A stretch of DNA of 64,000 nt from Alphaproteobacteria bacterium (GTDB lineage: Bacteria; Pseudomonadota; Alphaproteobacteria; UBA828), in the NCBI GenBank assembly GCA_965221125.1, contig CBDCRW010000004.1, positions 96,001 through 160,000 of the forward strand. Reading direction: 5' to 3'. The notes beneath the pieces are model-generated. The model made no database searches. It saw nothing but the letters and a program-made list of their open reading frames with translations, and was not told where the DNA came from. The position numbers were made by a program, and so were the translations under genes. Shown piece after piece: positions 24,875-34,875 of the stretch (position 1 is the stretch's first letter; every line of letters starts with the position of its first letter).

Positions 24875-25894
24875 TCAATTCTTGCTGCGATCGACCAGCC
24901 GGGCTTCGGCGATCCACGGCATCATCGCCCGCAGCCGCTCGCCCACCTCCTCGAGCGGATGCTCGGCCGCGCGCGCGCGCATCGCCTTGAAGGAGGATTG
25001 CCCGGCCGCGTTCTCGGTCATCCACTCGGTGGTGAAGCGGCCGTTCTGGATGTCGGCGAGGATCGTCTTCATGCGCTCGCGCGTCGCCTCGTCGATCACG
25101 CGGGGCCCGCGCGTATAGTCGCCGTACTCGGCGGTGTTCGAGATCGAGTAGCGCATGTTGGCGATGCCGCCCTCGTACATCAGGTCGACGATCAGCTTGA
25201 CCTCGTGGAGGCACTCGAAATAGGCCATCTCGGGCGCGTAGCCCGCGTCCACCAGGGTCTCCCAGGCGGCGGTGATGAGCGACGTGAGCCCACCGCAGAG
25301 CACCACCTGCTCGCCGAAGAGGTCGGTCTCCACTTCCTCGCGGAAGCTGGTCTCGATGATGCCGGCGCGGCCGCCGCCGATCCCGGACGCATACGAGAGG
25401 CCGATCTCCTTGGCGTTGCCGGAGGGATCGCGTGCGAGCGCCAGCAGGCAGGGCACGCCGCCGCCCCGCTGATATTCCGAGCGCACCGTATGCCCAGGCC
25501 CCTTGGGCGCCACCATGAAGACGTCGAGATCGGGCCGGGGCTCGATCAGGCGGAAGTGGATGTTGAGCCCGTGGGCGAAGGCCAGCGCCGCGCCCTCCTT
25601 CATGGCGCCGTGCAGCACGTCGGCGTAGAGCTGGCGCTGGAGCTCGTCCGGGGTCAGCACCATCACCACGTCGCCGAAGCGCGCGGCCTCCTCGATGTCC
25701 ATGACCGTGAGCCCGGCGGCCTCGACCTTGGCTGCGCTGGCGGAGCCGGGCCGGAGCCCTACGGCGACATCGTCGACCCCGCTTTCCTTCAGGTTGTTCG
25801 CGTGCGCGAAGCCCTGGCTGCCGTAGCCGATGATCGAGACCTTCTTCGACTTGATCAGGTTCAGATCGGCATCGCGATCGTAGTAGACCCGCAT
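24875..25894 (-). CDS. ilvC: Ketol-acid reductoisomerase
   Basis: [37 protein letters not shown]. Confidence 0.97.
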   Translation of the reverse strand: MRVYYDRDADLNLIKSKKVSIIGYGSQGFAHANNLKESGVDDVAVGLRPGSASAAKVEAAGLTVMDIEEAARFGDVVMVLTPDELQRQLYADVLHGAMKEGAALAFAHGLNIHFRLIEPRPDLDVFMVAPKGPGHTVRSEYQRGGGVPCLLALARDPSGNAKEIGLSYASGIGGGRAGIIETSFREEVETDLFGEQVVLCGGLTSLITAAWETLVDAGYAPEMAYFECLHEVKLIVDLMYEGGIANMRYSISNTAEYGDYTRGPRVIDEATRERMKTILADIQNGRFTTEWMTENAAGQSSFKAMRARAAEHPLEEVGERLRAMMPWIAEARLVDRSKN

Positions 25895-25936
25895 CCTGTT
25901 CTCCCAAGTTGGCGTTAGGCGCGGCCGGCAGCCGCG

Positions 25937-26443
25937 TCAGATCGATTCCTTGCCGCGCGAGATCGCGACCACGCCCGTGCGCGAGATCTCGGTCAGCCCG
26001 AGCGGCGTCATCAGCCGGATGAAGGCGTCGAGCTTGTCGCCGTTCCCGGTCATCTCGAAGACGAACGAGTCGATCTCGCTGTCCACCACGTGGGCGCGGA
26101 AGATGTCCGCGATGCGAAGCGATTCGACGCGCTTCTCGCCGGTGGCGACGACCTTGATGAGCGCAAGCTCGCGCTCGATGTAGGGGCCCTCGGTGCCGAG
26201 GTCCGAGACCTTGTGGATCGGCACGAGGCGGTCGAGCTGCGCCTTGATCTGCTCGATGACCATGGGCGAGCCCGAGGTCACCAGGTTGATGCGCGACAGG
26301 CGCTGATCGCGCTCGACCTCGGCGACGGTCAGGCTCTCGATGTTGTAGCCCCGGCCCGAGAAGAGCCCGATGACGCGCGCGAGCACGCCCGGCTCGTTCT
26401 CGACCAGCACGGAAAGCGTGCGGCGCTCGGCAGTTTCGTCCAC
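25937..26443 (-). CDS. ilvN: Acetolactate synthase small (regulatory) subunit
   Basis: ACT domain VENEPGVLARVIGLFSGRGYNIESL; ERELALIKV. Confidence 0.95.
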   Translation of the reverse strand: MDETAERRTLSVLVENEPGVLARVIGLFSGRGYNIESLTVAEVERDQRLSRINLVTSGSPMVIEQIKAQLDRLVPIHKVSDLGTEGPYIERELALIKVVATGEKRVESLRIADIFRAHVVDSEIDSFVFEMTGNGDKLDAFIRLMTPLGLTEISRTGVVAISRGKESI

Positions 26444-26462
26444 GGCCGTTCCTCCTGGCCGC

Positions 26463-28256
26463 CTAGACGAGCACCATCCCGTCTTCGGAGCGCTCCTCGA
26501 GCTCGCCGTGCTCCGGCCCGAGCTTCATCTCGTAGTGCGCGGCGCCGGCCGGGATCATCGGATAGACGTTCTCTTCCTTGTCCACGAGGATGTCGGCGAT
26601 CACCGGGCCCGGCGTCTCGATCATGGCCGCGATCACGTCGTCCACCTCCTCGGGCCGCTCTGCCCGGAACCCGGCGGCGCCGAAGGATTCGGCCAGCTTC
26701 ACGAAGTCGGGGAGCGAATCCATGTAGCTCTCGGCGTAGCGGCCGCCGTGGAAGAACTCCTGCCACTGGCGCACCATGCCCATGTACTCGTTGTTGAGCA
26801 GGAAGGTCTTCACCGGCAGCCGGTACTGCACCATGGTGGAGAGTTCCTGGATCGTCATGAGCAGCGACGCCTCGCCGGCGATATCGATGACCAGCGAATC
26901 CGGGTGGGCCACCTGCACGCCCATCGCCGCGGGAAAGCCGTAGCCCATGGTGCCGAGGCCGCCCGAGGTCATCCATCGGTTGGGCTCCTCGAACTTGAGG
27001 AACTGCGCCGCCCACATCTGGTGCTGGCCCACCTCGGTGGTGAAGTAGGCGTCCCGCTCCCTGGTCGCCTCGTAGAGCCGCTGCAGCGCGTACTGCGGCT
27101 TGATGGTGCTGCTGGAGTTCCGGTAGCGCAGGCAGTCGCGCCCGCGCCACGCCTCGAGCTGCTTCCACCACGCCGCCAGCCCCTTGGCGTTTGGCGCAGC
27201 ACCGCTTGCCTCCCATTCGGCCTGGATGGCGTCGAGCGCGAGCCCGGCATCGCCGATGATGGCGACGTCGACGGGGACGTTCTTGTTGACCGAGGACGGG
27301 TCGATGTCGATCTGTACCTTGGTGGAGCCCCGCGAGAAATCGGCGAGCCGGCCGGTGACGCGATCGTCGAATCGTGCGCCGACCGCGATCATCAGGTCGC
27401 ACTCGGCCATCGCCATGTTGGCCTCGTAGGTGCCGTGCATGCCGAGCATGCCGAGGAAGAGCGGATCGGAGCCGGGATAGCAGCCGAGCCCCATCAGCGT
27501 GTTGGTGATGGGGAAGCCGGTGCTTCGCACCAGCGCCGCGAGGCTCCGTGCCGCGTCGGGTCCTGCGTTGATGACCCCGCCGCCGGCGTAGAAGAGGGGG
27601 CGCTTGGCCTTCGCCATCAGCGCGACCGTGCGCTTGACCGCCTCGGCGTCCGGCGTGCGCCGCGGCCGGTAGGAGCGATGGTCCAGGCCGTTGCCCTGCG
27701 CGTCGGCCTCGACGTAAGGCGCCTTGGCCATGACGATGTCCTTGGGCAGGTCCACCACCACGGGGCCGGGCCGGCCGGCGGCCGCGATGTAGTAGGCCTC
27801 GCGGATCACGCGGCTCAGATCGTCGACCTCTTTCACCAGGTAGTTGTGCTTGGTGCAGGGCCGCGTGATCCCCACCGTGTCGGCCTCCTGAAACGCGTCG
27901 TTGCCGATCATGTGGGTCGGCACCTGCCCGGTCAGGCAGACCACTGGGATGCTGTCCATCAGCGCATCGGTGAGCCCGGTGACGCTGTTGGTGGCGCCGG
28001 GGCCGGAGGTGACCAGCACCGTGCCGACCTTGCCGGTGGACCGCGCATAGCCTTCGGCGGCGTGGACGGCGCCCTGCTCGTGCCGCACCAGGATGTGGCG
28101 CAGCTCGTTCTGCTTGAAGATGGCGTCGTAGATCGGCAGCACCGCGCCGCCGGGATAGCCGAACACGACCTCTACGCCGAGGTCGACCAGAGTGCGAACA
28201 ACCAGTTCGGCCCCGGTGAGCTCAGCCGGGGCGTGATCCTCGGCATCCGTTGTCAC
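26463..28256 (-). CDS. ilvB: Acetolactate synthase large subunit
   Basis: FGYPGGAVL, RHEQGA, TSGPGATN, GARFDDRV, SGGLGTMG; GTG start with GGGAG RBS. Confidence 0.96.
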   Translation of the reverse strand: MTTDAEDHAPAELTGAELVVRTLVDLGVEVVFGYPGGAVLPIYDAIFKQNELRHILVRHEQGAVHAAEGYARSTGKVGTVLVTSGPGATNSVTGLTDALMDSIPVVCLTGQVPTHMIGNDAFQEADTVGITRPCTKHNYLVKEVDDLSRVIREAYYIAAAGRPGPVVVDLPKDIVMAKAPYVEADAQGNGLDHRSYRPRRTPDAEAVKRTVALMAKAKRPLFYAGGGVINAGPDAARSLAALVRSTGFPITNTLMGLGCYPGSDPLFLGMLGMHGTYEANMAMAECDLMIAVGARFDDRVTGRLADFSRGSTKVQIDIDPSSVNKNVPVDVAIIGDAGLALDAIQAEWEASGAAPNAKGLAAWWKQLEAWRGRDCLRYRNSSSTIKPQYALQRLYEATRERDAYFTTEVGQHQMWAAQFLKFEEPNRWMTSGGLGTMGYGFPAAMGVQVAHPDSLVIDIAGEASLLMTIQELSTMVQYRLPVKTFLLNNEYMGMVRQWQEFFHGGRYAESYMDSLPDFVKLAESFGAAGFRAERPEEVDDVIAAMIETPGPVIADILVDKEENVYPMIPAGAAHYEMKLGPEHGELEERSEDGMVLV

Positions 28257-28374
28257 GGCGATCTCCCTTTTGCACATGCGCAAGCGGCCCACCCTTCGAC
28301 CAGGGTCGGCCGGCCCGCGTTGGTGCGCTTGGCCACGCACCCGTGTCTGGAGGGCGGACAGTAGTCCTTCACCC

Positions 28375-29316
28375 TCAGCCGGTCAACAGCAGACGTTCCA
28401 AGAGGGCGAGAGATTCCCGTTTCGATTCCGTGCGGTAACGGCCCGGCAGCCGGGCGGTTCCCGGCATCTGGGTGCGGAACCAGGTGGTCTGGCGCTTGGC
28501 GTAGCGGCGCGTCGCCTGGCGGCCGAGCGCTATGGCGCGCTCCAGCGTCGTGATGCCGTTCAGGTGATCGTGCAGCGCACGCACGCCGACCGCCTTCATC
28601 ACGGGCAAGCCGGGGTCGAGGCCGCGTTCGAGCAGGCGCGCCGCTTCGTCGAGCGCGCCCGCCGCCATCATGCGCGTGAAGCGCTCATTGCAGGCGTCGT
28701 AGAGCGCGTCGCGGGGCGGCTCCAGGACGAGCACGGCCGCGCTGCCGGTGTAGCGGTCGTGCCGCTCCGTCTGCCACGCGAGCAGCGAGCGCCCGGTCGC
28801 CTCGATCACCTCGTAGGCCCGCATCACACGCTGGCTGTCGCCCGGCTCGAGCCGGCGCGCCGCCTCGGGGTCGCGCGCGGCGAGGCGGGCATGGAGCGCG
28901 GCGCTGCCCTCCTGCTCGCAGAGCGCCCTCACCGCCGCGCGCACGGGCGCGGGGACTGCCGGCACGGGTGCCAAGCCTTCGAGCAGCGCCCGCAGGTAGA
29001 GCCCCGTTCCGCCCACCAGGATCGGGAGCGCTCCTACAGCCTGCGCGCGCTCGATCTCCGGCACGGCCAGAGCACGCCAGCGGCCGGCGGAGCAGCGCTC
29101 GGCGCCGTCGAGCACGCCGTAGAGCCGGTGCGGCGCCTGCGTCCGCAACGCGTCCTCCGGCCAGGATGTGAGGATCGGCAGGTCGCGGTAGAGCTGCATG
29201 CTGTCGGCGTTGACGACGACACCGCCGAACTCCTGGGCGGCATCGGCCGCGAGCGCCGACTTGCCGCTCGCCGTCGGCCCGCCGATCACTAGGATCGAGG
29301 GTCGGCTCTCGGCCAC
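28375..29316 (-). CDS. miaA: tRNA (adenosine37-N6)-dimethylallyltransferase
   Basis: GPTASGKS, NADSMQLY, VGGTGLYL, YAKRQTTW; start at 29316 or 29331. Confidence 0.95.
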   Translation of the reverse strand: MAESRPSILVIGGPTASGKSALAADAAQEFGGVVVNADSMQLYRDLPILTSWPEDALRTQAPHRLYGVLDGAERCSAGRWRALAVPEIERAQAVGALPILVGGTGLYLRALLEGLAPVPAVPAPVRAAVRALCEQEGSAALHARLAARDPEAARRLEPGDSQRVMRAYEVIEATGRSLLAWQTERHDRYTGSAAVLVLEPPRDALYDACNERFTRMMAAGALDEAARLLERGLDPGLPVMKAVGVRALHDHLNGITTLERAIALGRQATRRYAKRQTTWFRTQMPGTARLPGRYRTESKRESLALLERLLLTG

Positions 29317-29333
29317 GGCGTTCTCGTGCACCG

Positions 29334-30566
29334 TCAGGAGAGGACCAGCGAGACCAGTCCGTCGGCGAGCTTGGGCTCGAACCAGGTGGTTTTCGGCGGC
29401 AGGATCGCGCCGGCGTCGGCCACCGCCATGAGGTCGTCGACGGAGGTCGGATAGAGCGAGAAAGCCACCGATGCTTCGCCGCCGTCCACCGCGGCCGCGA
29501 GAGCACCCAGCCCGCGCCCGCCGCCCACGAAGTCGATGCGCGCGTCCAGCCGGGGATCGCCGATGCCGAGGATCGGCTCCAGCACCAGGCGCGCAAGCCG
29601 CGAGACGTCGAGGCGGTCGACCGCAGGGCCGCTCGCGTCCGCCGCGCCGTCGGCAGCGAGGCGGTACCAGCGCCCCTCCAGGTACATGCCGAACCGCGCC
29701 GGACCTTCGGGCTCCACCGGCCCATCCGCCGGCTCGCAACGCAGCGCCTGGCTGACCTCGCGCAGGAACGCCTCGGATGCAAGGCCGTTCAGACCGCGCA
29801 CGATCCGGTGGTAGCCCAGGATCCGCACCTCGTCGGCGGGGAAGCTCACCGTCAACAGGCGGCCGGCCGCCTCTCCGGCCTGCGGTTCCATGGTCCGGGC
29901 TGCCGATGCCGCCGCGGCGGCGCGGTGATGGCCGTCGGCGATGTAGAGCACGCCGATTCTCTCGAAGCACGCAATCAGCGCGCGGGTCTCGTCCGCGCCG
30001 TCGATCGACCAGAGCGTGTGCGTGACCGCACCGCCCTGGACGGAGCGGCAGAGCGGCGTCGCCTCGCAGGCCGAGGCGATCAGGCGGCGCACCTCCTCGT
30101 CCGGCCGGTGTATCAGGAAGAGTGGACCCGTCTGCGCGCCGAGGGCTTCGATGTGCCGCGCGCGGTCCTCCACCTTCGGCGGGCGCGTGGATTCGTGCCG
30201 CTTGATCGCGCCCTGTCCGTAAGCCGCGAGCGAGGCTGCGGCCACGAGCCCCGTCTGCGCGCGGCCCTGCGCCTCCATGCGCCAGGCGTAGAAGCGGGAC
30301 GCCGCGTCGTGGACCAGGACGCCGTCCTCGATCATCCGGGCGAACCGCGCCGCCGCAGCGTCGTAGAGCGCGGGCGCGCCGGCCGGCGTCTCCGGCGGCA
30401 GATCGATCTCCGGCCGGGAGACGTGGAGGAAGCTCTCGGGCCGCCCTTTTGCGGCAGCCCGTGCCTCCTCGGCCGACAGCACGTCGTAGGGCGGCGCCAG
30501 CACCGCATCCGCATGATGGGGCGCGACGCGGAGCCCTGCGAAGGGTGCGAGAAGCGGCTCGCTCAC
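29334..30566 (-). CDS. DUF1015 family protein
   Basis: APPYDVLS, SFLHVSRPEIDL, IKRHEST, YIADGHHR, PPKTTWFEPKLADG. Confidence 0.88.
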   Translation of the reverse strand: MSEPLLAPFAGLRVAPHHADAVLAPPYDVLSAEEARAAAKGRPESFLHVSRPEIDLPPETPAGAPALYDAAAARFARMIEDGVLVHDAASRFYAWRMEAQGRAQTGLVAAASLAAYGQGAIKRHESTRPPKVEDRARHIEALGAQTGPLFLIHRPDEEVRRLIASACEATPLCRSVQGGAVTHTLWSIDGADETRALIACFERIGVLYIADGHHRAAAAASAARTMEPQAGEAAGRLLTVSFPADEVRILGYHRIVRGLNGLASEAFLREVSQALRCEPADGPVEPEGPARFGMYLEGRWYRLAADGAADASGPAVDRLDVSRLARLVLEPILGIGDPRLDARIDFVGGGRGLGALAAAVDGGEASVAFSLYPTSVDDLMAVADAGAILPPKTTWFEPKLADGLVSLVLS

Positions 30567-30600
30567 GCGGCGCGTCCTTTCCTCGTCACGGCGGCCTCCG

Positions 30601-30795
30601 CTAGTTGACGAGCCAGACCAGCAGGAGGCCCACCAGGGCCGCGCCCATGCCGATGGAGCGCAGCCGGCCCGCAGGCTGGGCGAGCACGCGCTTGATGCTG
30701 CGCCGCATCGCCTCCGGAAACAGCGCGTAGAGCCCGCCTTCGATGACGAAGATCAGCCCGATCGCGGTCAGGAGTGCGGTGAGCCCGTCGCTCAT
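30601..30795 (-). CDS. DUF2065 family small membrane protein
   Basis: LTAIGLIFVIEGGLYALFP...LRSIG, directly downstream of hflC. Confidence 0.85.
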   Translation of the reverse strand: MSDGLTALLTAIGLIFVIEGGLYALFPEAMRRSIKRVLAQPAGRLRSIGMGAALVGLLLVWLVN

Positions 30796-30854
30796 GGCTG
30801 GCTCGCAAGGGGCGGCCGCGGGGCGGCCCAGCACCGGCCCGCGGCCGGAGCGCG

Positions 30855-31769
30855 CTACTCGGTCGCCGCCGGGGCGGGCGCCTGGGTCGTCACGATATCG
30901 TCGAAGAAGCGGAAGAACTCGCTATCGGGCGACAGCACCATGCTCGTATCGCCATCGCCGAGGGCCTCGCGATAGGCCTGCATGGCCCGGTAGAAGGCGT
31001 AGAACTCCGAGTCGCGTCCATAGGCGTCGCGCGAGATGCGCAGAGCTTCCTCGTCGCCCTCGCCGCGCAGGGTTTGGGCCTCGCGCTCCGCCTCGGCGAG
31101 GATGACCACGCGCTCGCGATCGGCGCGGGAGCGGATGCGCTGCGATTCCTCCTCGCCCTGCGCCCTGAACTCCTTGGCCTCGCGCTCGCGTTCCGTCTGC
31201 ATGCGCTGATAGACGGCCTGGCTGTTCTCCTCCGGCAGGTCGGCGCGGCGGATGCGCACGTCGATCACGTCGACGCCGAATCCAGTCGACTGGCGGTTCA
31301 CCTGGTCCCTGATCTCGGTCATCAGCTGGGCGCGCTCGCCGGAGAGCACGGTGATCAGCTCGACCGTGCCCAGCACCTGCCGCGTGCTGGCGTTGAGGAT
31401 CGCGCCGAGCCTGGCGCGTGCGATCGCCTCGTTGCCGACCGATTGGAAGAAGCGCAGGGGGTCGATGATGCGGTAGCGGATGAAGGCGTCCACCACCAGC
31501 CGCTTCTGGTCGCCGAGGATCATCTCCTCCGCCGGCGCGTTGAAGTCCAGGACGCGCTTCTCGAAGTACTCGACGTTCTGGACGAAGGGCGTCTTGAAGC
31601 GGAGTCCCGGCTCGTCCGTGCCCCACTGGTTCACCACCTTGATGGGTTCACCGAGCTGGAGGAGGATCGCCTGCTGGTCCTCCCGCACCTTGTAGGTGGA
31701 GACCAGGATCAGGATGATCGCCACGAGGATGACCGCGGCGCCGATGATGAATTTGAGCCGGGTACTCAT
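30855..31769 (-). CDS. hflC: Protease modulator HflC
   Basis: SPFH domain, DVRIRRADLP, RMQTERERE, SPDSEFFRFF. Confidence 0.94.
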   Translation of the reverse strand: MSTRLKFIIGAAVILVAIILILVSTYKVREDQQAILLQLGEPIKVVNQWGTDEPGLRFKTPFVQNVEYFEKRVLDFNAPAEEMILGDQKRLVVDAFIRYRIIDPLRFFQSVGNEAIARARLGAILNASTRQVLGTVELITVLSGERAQLMTEIRDQVNRQSTGFGVDVIDVRIRRADLPEENSQAVYQRMQTEREREAKEFRAQGEEESQRIRSRADRERVVILAEAEREAQTLRGEGDEEALRISRDAYGRDSEFYAFYRAMQAYREALGDGDTSMVLSPDSEFFRFFDDIVTTQAPAPAATE

Positions 31770-31772
31770 GAT

Positions 31773-32885
31773 CTATTGCGTGTCCGTCGTGCCTTGCCGG
31801 CGCTGAAGCTCGGGTAGCGGCAGATAGGGCACGACGCCGCTGCCTCCTTGCGCCGAATCGATGATGATCTTGTCGATCCCGCCGAGCACCTCTTCCATCG
31901 TCTCCAGATACATGCGCCGGCGGACGACATCCATGTTCTGCGCGTACTCGCTGTAGACCGAGAGGAAGCGCGCCGCCTCACCTTGCGCCCTGGCCACCAC
32001 CTCCTCCTTGTAGGCCGTGCCCTCCTGCACGAGCCGCTCGGCGGCGCCGCGCGCACGCGGGATGATGTCGTTGCGGTAGGCCTCGGCCTCGTTCTTCGCC
32101 CGCTCCTGGTCGGCGCGGGCCGCCTGAACGTCGCGGAAGGCGGCAATCACGGCTTCGGGCGGCGCGATGTCCTGCGGCTCGACCTGGGTGATCTCGATGC
32201 CGGCCCCGTAATCGTCCAGGATCTGCTGGGTCAGCTCGTGCGTCTGCTGGGCCAGCAACAGGCGTTCCTCGGCCAGCGCGGATTGCAGGCGGGACTTGCC
32301 GATCACCTCGCGCATCGCGCTCTCGGCGGCGTCCTTCACCGTGCGCTCCGGCGCCTGGATGTTGAAGAGGAACTGCCCGGCGTCGCGGATGCGCCAGAAG
32401 ACGGTGAACTTCACGTCGATGATGTTCTCGTCGCCGGTGAGCATCAGGCTCTCGTCCGGCACCGGCCGCGTGAAGGCCCCCCGCTGGGAATCGACCAGGG
32501 TCCGGTAGCCGATCTCGGCGCGGTTGATCTTCGTGACCTTGGGCCTGATGACGGTCTCGAACGGCCAGGGCAGGTGGTAGTTGAGGCCGGGCTGGGTGGT
32601 CTTGGTCCACTCGCCCCAGCGCAGCACGACCCCCTGCTCGTCGGGCTCGACCCGGTAGAAGCCCGTCAGCAGCCAGATGCCGATCACCACCAGGAGGAGC
32701 AGGATCAGGCCCCGCCCCCCGCGCAGACCGGGCATCCACCGGCGGAACCGATCCTGGCCGCGCCGGAGCATCTCCTCCAGGTCGGGCGGTGGGGGTTGCC
32801 CGCCACCGCCGCGCCGGCCACCTCCGCCGCCGGGTGAGCGCCCCCACGGGCCGCTCCCGCCGCCGCCTTGGCTAGACCAGGACAT
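31773..32885 (-). CDS. hflK: FtsH protease activity modulator HflK
   Basis: Gly-rich N-terminus with PPDLEE, MLTGDENI, AFRDVQAARADQE, RMYLETME. Confidence 0.94.
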   Translation of the reverse strand: MSWSSQGGGGSGPWGRSPGGGGGRRGGGGQPPPPDLEEMLRRGQDRFRRWMPGLRGGRGLILLLLVVIGIWLLTGFYRVEPDEQGVVLRWGEWTKTTQPGLNYHLPWPFETVIRPKVTKINRAEIGYRTLVDSQRGAFTRPVPDESLMLTGDENIIDVKFTVFWRIRDAGQFLFNIQAPERTVKDAAESAMREVIGKSRLQSALAEERLLLAQQTHELTQQILDDYGAGIEITQVEPQDIAPPEAVIAAFRDVQAARADQERAKNEAEAYRNDIIPRARGAAERLVQEGTAYKEEVVARAQGEAARFLSVYSEYAQNMDVVRRRMYLETMEEVLGGIDKIIIDSAQGGSGVVPYLPLPELQRRQGTTDTQ

Positions 32886-33015
32886 CGTTCGGCCTTCCTC
32901 TCAAGGCTTTGCAAGCCGTCATTGGCGCCTTATAAGTCATGCGGTTGCCGCGCGCAACGGCGCGCTTGCGCGCGCATGGTTTTCTGCGGCACGGCCCCCA
33001 AGTCAGAGTAAAGCG

Positions 33016-34176
33016 ATGGCGTCGGTCACCAAGGAGCAGGTTCTGGCGGTGCTGGCCGACGTCCTGGACCCGGAGAGCGGGCAGAACGTCGTCGCCGGCG
33101 GCCTGGTCAGCGGAGTCGTGGTGCGGGACGGCAACGTGGGCTTCACGCTGGAGGTCGACCCGGCCCAGGGCGCGGCGATGGAGCCGCTCCGCAAGGCCTG
33201 CGAGACCGCGGTCGAGCGGCTCTCCGGCGTGCTCTCCGTGACGGCCGTGATGACCGCCGAGAGACAAGGCGCCGGCCGTGCTCAGGACCGCGCGCAGGGC
33301 CAGGGTCACGCGCACGGTCACGCCCACGGCGGGCAGGCCCAGGCGCAGGGCGCGCAGCAGGCCCCCCAGCTCCTCCCCGGCGTGAAGAGCGTCATCGCCG
33401 TCGCCTCCGGCAAGGGCGGCGTCGGCAAGTCGACGACCGCCGTCAACATCGCCACCGCCATGGCGGCCCAGAACGTGCGCGTCGGGCTGCTCGACTGCGA
33501 CATCTACGGCCCCTCGATCCCGCGCATGCTCAATCTCAGCGGCCAGCCCGAGATGGCGGGCGAGCGCACGCTCCGTCCCATGGCGAATTACGGGATCAAG
33601 TGCATGTCCATCGGCTTTCTGGTGGCTGAGGACACCGCGATGATCTGGCGCGGGCCCATGGTCATGCAGGCGCTCGAGCAGATGATGCGCGACGTCGAAT
33701 GGGGCGCGCTCGACGTGCTGATCTGCGACCTGCCGCCCGGCACCGGCGATGCGCAGCTCACCATGGCGCAGCGGGTGCCGCTCACCGGCGCCGTGATCGT
33801 GTCCACGCCGCAGGACATCGCGCTGCTCGACGTGACCCGCGGCATCAACATGTTTCAGCAGGTCAACGTGCCGATCTTCGGCGTCGTCGAGAACATGAGC
33901 TACTACGTCTGCCCCCAGTGCGGCCACCGGGCGGAGCTCTTCCACCACGGCGGCGCGCGGGAGACCGCGTTTCGGCTGGGCGTGGATTTTCTGGGCGAGA
34001 TTCCGCTCGACCTCGACATCAGGACGACCTCGGATGCGGGCCGGCCCATCGTGGTCACGCAGCCCGAGAGCCCCCACGCCGGCGCCTACCGGCAGATCGC
34101 CGCCGCGCTCATCGACAAGGCGACCTCGGCGGTGGGCGGCGCCGAGCGCCCGCAGCCCCGTATCGTGATGATGTAG
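33016..34176 (+). CDS. apbC: Mrp/NBP35 (ApbC) iron-sulfur cluster carrier ATPase
   Basis: VASGKGGVGKST, DCDIYGPS, WRGPMV, DLPPGTGD, CPQC. Confidence 0.93.
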   Translation: MASVTKEQVLAVLADVLDPESGQNVVAGGLVSGVVVRDGNVGFTLEVDPAQGAAMEPLRKACETAVERLSGVLSVTAVMTAERQGAGRAQDRAQGQGHAHGHAHGGQAQAQGAQQAPQLLPGVKSVIAVASGKGGVGKSTTAVNIATAMAAQNVRVGLLDCDIYGPSIPRMLNLSGQPEMAGERTLRPMANYGIKCMSIGFLVAEDTAMIWRGPMVMQALEQMMRDVEWGALDVLICDLPPGTGDAQLTMAQRVPLTGAVIVSTPQDIALLDVTRGINMFQQVNVPIFGVVENMSYYVCPQCGHRAELFHHGGARETAFRLGVDFLGEIPLDLDIRTTSDAGRPIVVTQPESPHAGAYRQIAAALIDKATSAVGGAERPQPRIVMM

Positions 34177-34188
34177 CGGGAGCCGCCG

Positions 34189-34872
34189 ATGGCGCGCGGA
34201 ACAGCCGACGACGCTCTCCAGGCCCTCTCCCTTCGTTCGGGCCGCAGGCGCTGGGTCGGCGCCGGTCTCGTCGCGCTGCTTCTCGCCCTGCTCGCGGCGG
34301 GATGCGCCCCCTCGGTGCCGGATCGCCAGCAGGATATCTGCGCGATTTTCGCCCAGCACCCCGACTGGTACGACTACGCCAAGGACGCGGAGGACGAGTG
34401 GGGCGTGCCGGCGCCCATCCTCATGGCCTTCGTGCACCAGGAATCGAGCTTCCGCAGTGATGCGCGGCCGCCCCGCAAGTACGTTCTCTGGATCATCCCC
34501 TGGGGCCGCGTGTCGTCCGCCAAGGGCTACGCTCAGGCGCAGGACCCGGCCTGGTCCGACTACACCGACGAGCGCGGCTCGTTCTTCCGCAGCCGTTCGG
34601 ACATGGAGGACGCGCTCGACTTCATCGGCTGGTACAACCACGGGACCTCGCAGCAGCTCGGCATCGCCAAGACCGACGTGCGCAACCTTTATCTGGCCTA
34701 CCACGAGGGGCGCGGCGGCTACCGCAGCGGCAAATGGAAGGGCAAGCCCAAGCTGCAGCAGATCGCGGACCGGGTGGCCCAGACCGCGCGGCGCTACGAA
34801 GCCCAGCTCAGGGACTGCGAATCGGACTTCCGCTGCGATTCCTGGTGGCAGGTCTGGCCCTTCTGTAGCTGA
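34189..34872 (+). CDS. Lipoprotein with transglycosylase SLT-like domain
   Basis: Lipobox LAAGC; QESSF, SSAKGYAQA, DFIGWY, YLAYHEG. Confidence 0.75.
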   Translation: MARGTADDALQALSLRSGRRRWVGAGLVALLLALLAAGCAPSVPDRQQDICAIFAQHPDWYDYAKDAEDEWGVPAPILMAFVHQESSFRSDARPPRKYVLWIIPWGRVSSAKGYAQAQDPAWSDYTDERGSFFRSRSDMEDALDFIGWYNHGTSQQLGIAKTDVRNLYLAYHEGRGGYRSGKWKGKPKLQQIADRVAQTARRYEAQLRDCESDFRCDSWWQVWPFCS

Positions 34873-34875
34873 GGG

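Noticed and set aside
33290-33360. His/Gln-rich segment (GHAHGHAHG) in Mrp/ApbC
   Set aside because: Variable His-rich linkers are common in this family.
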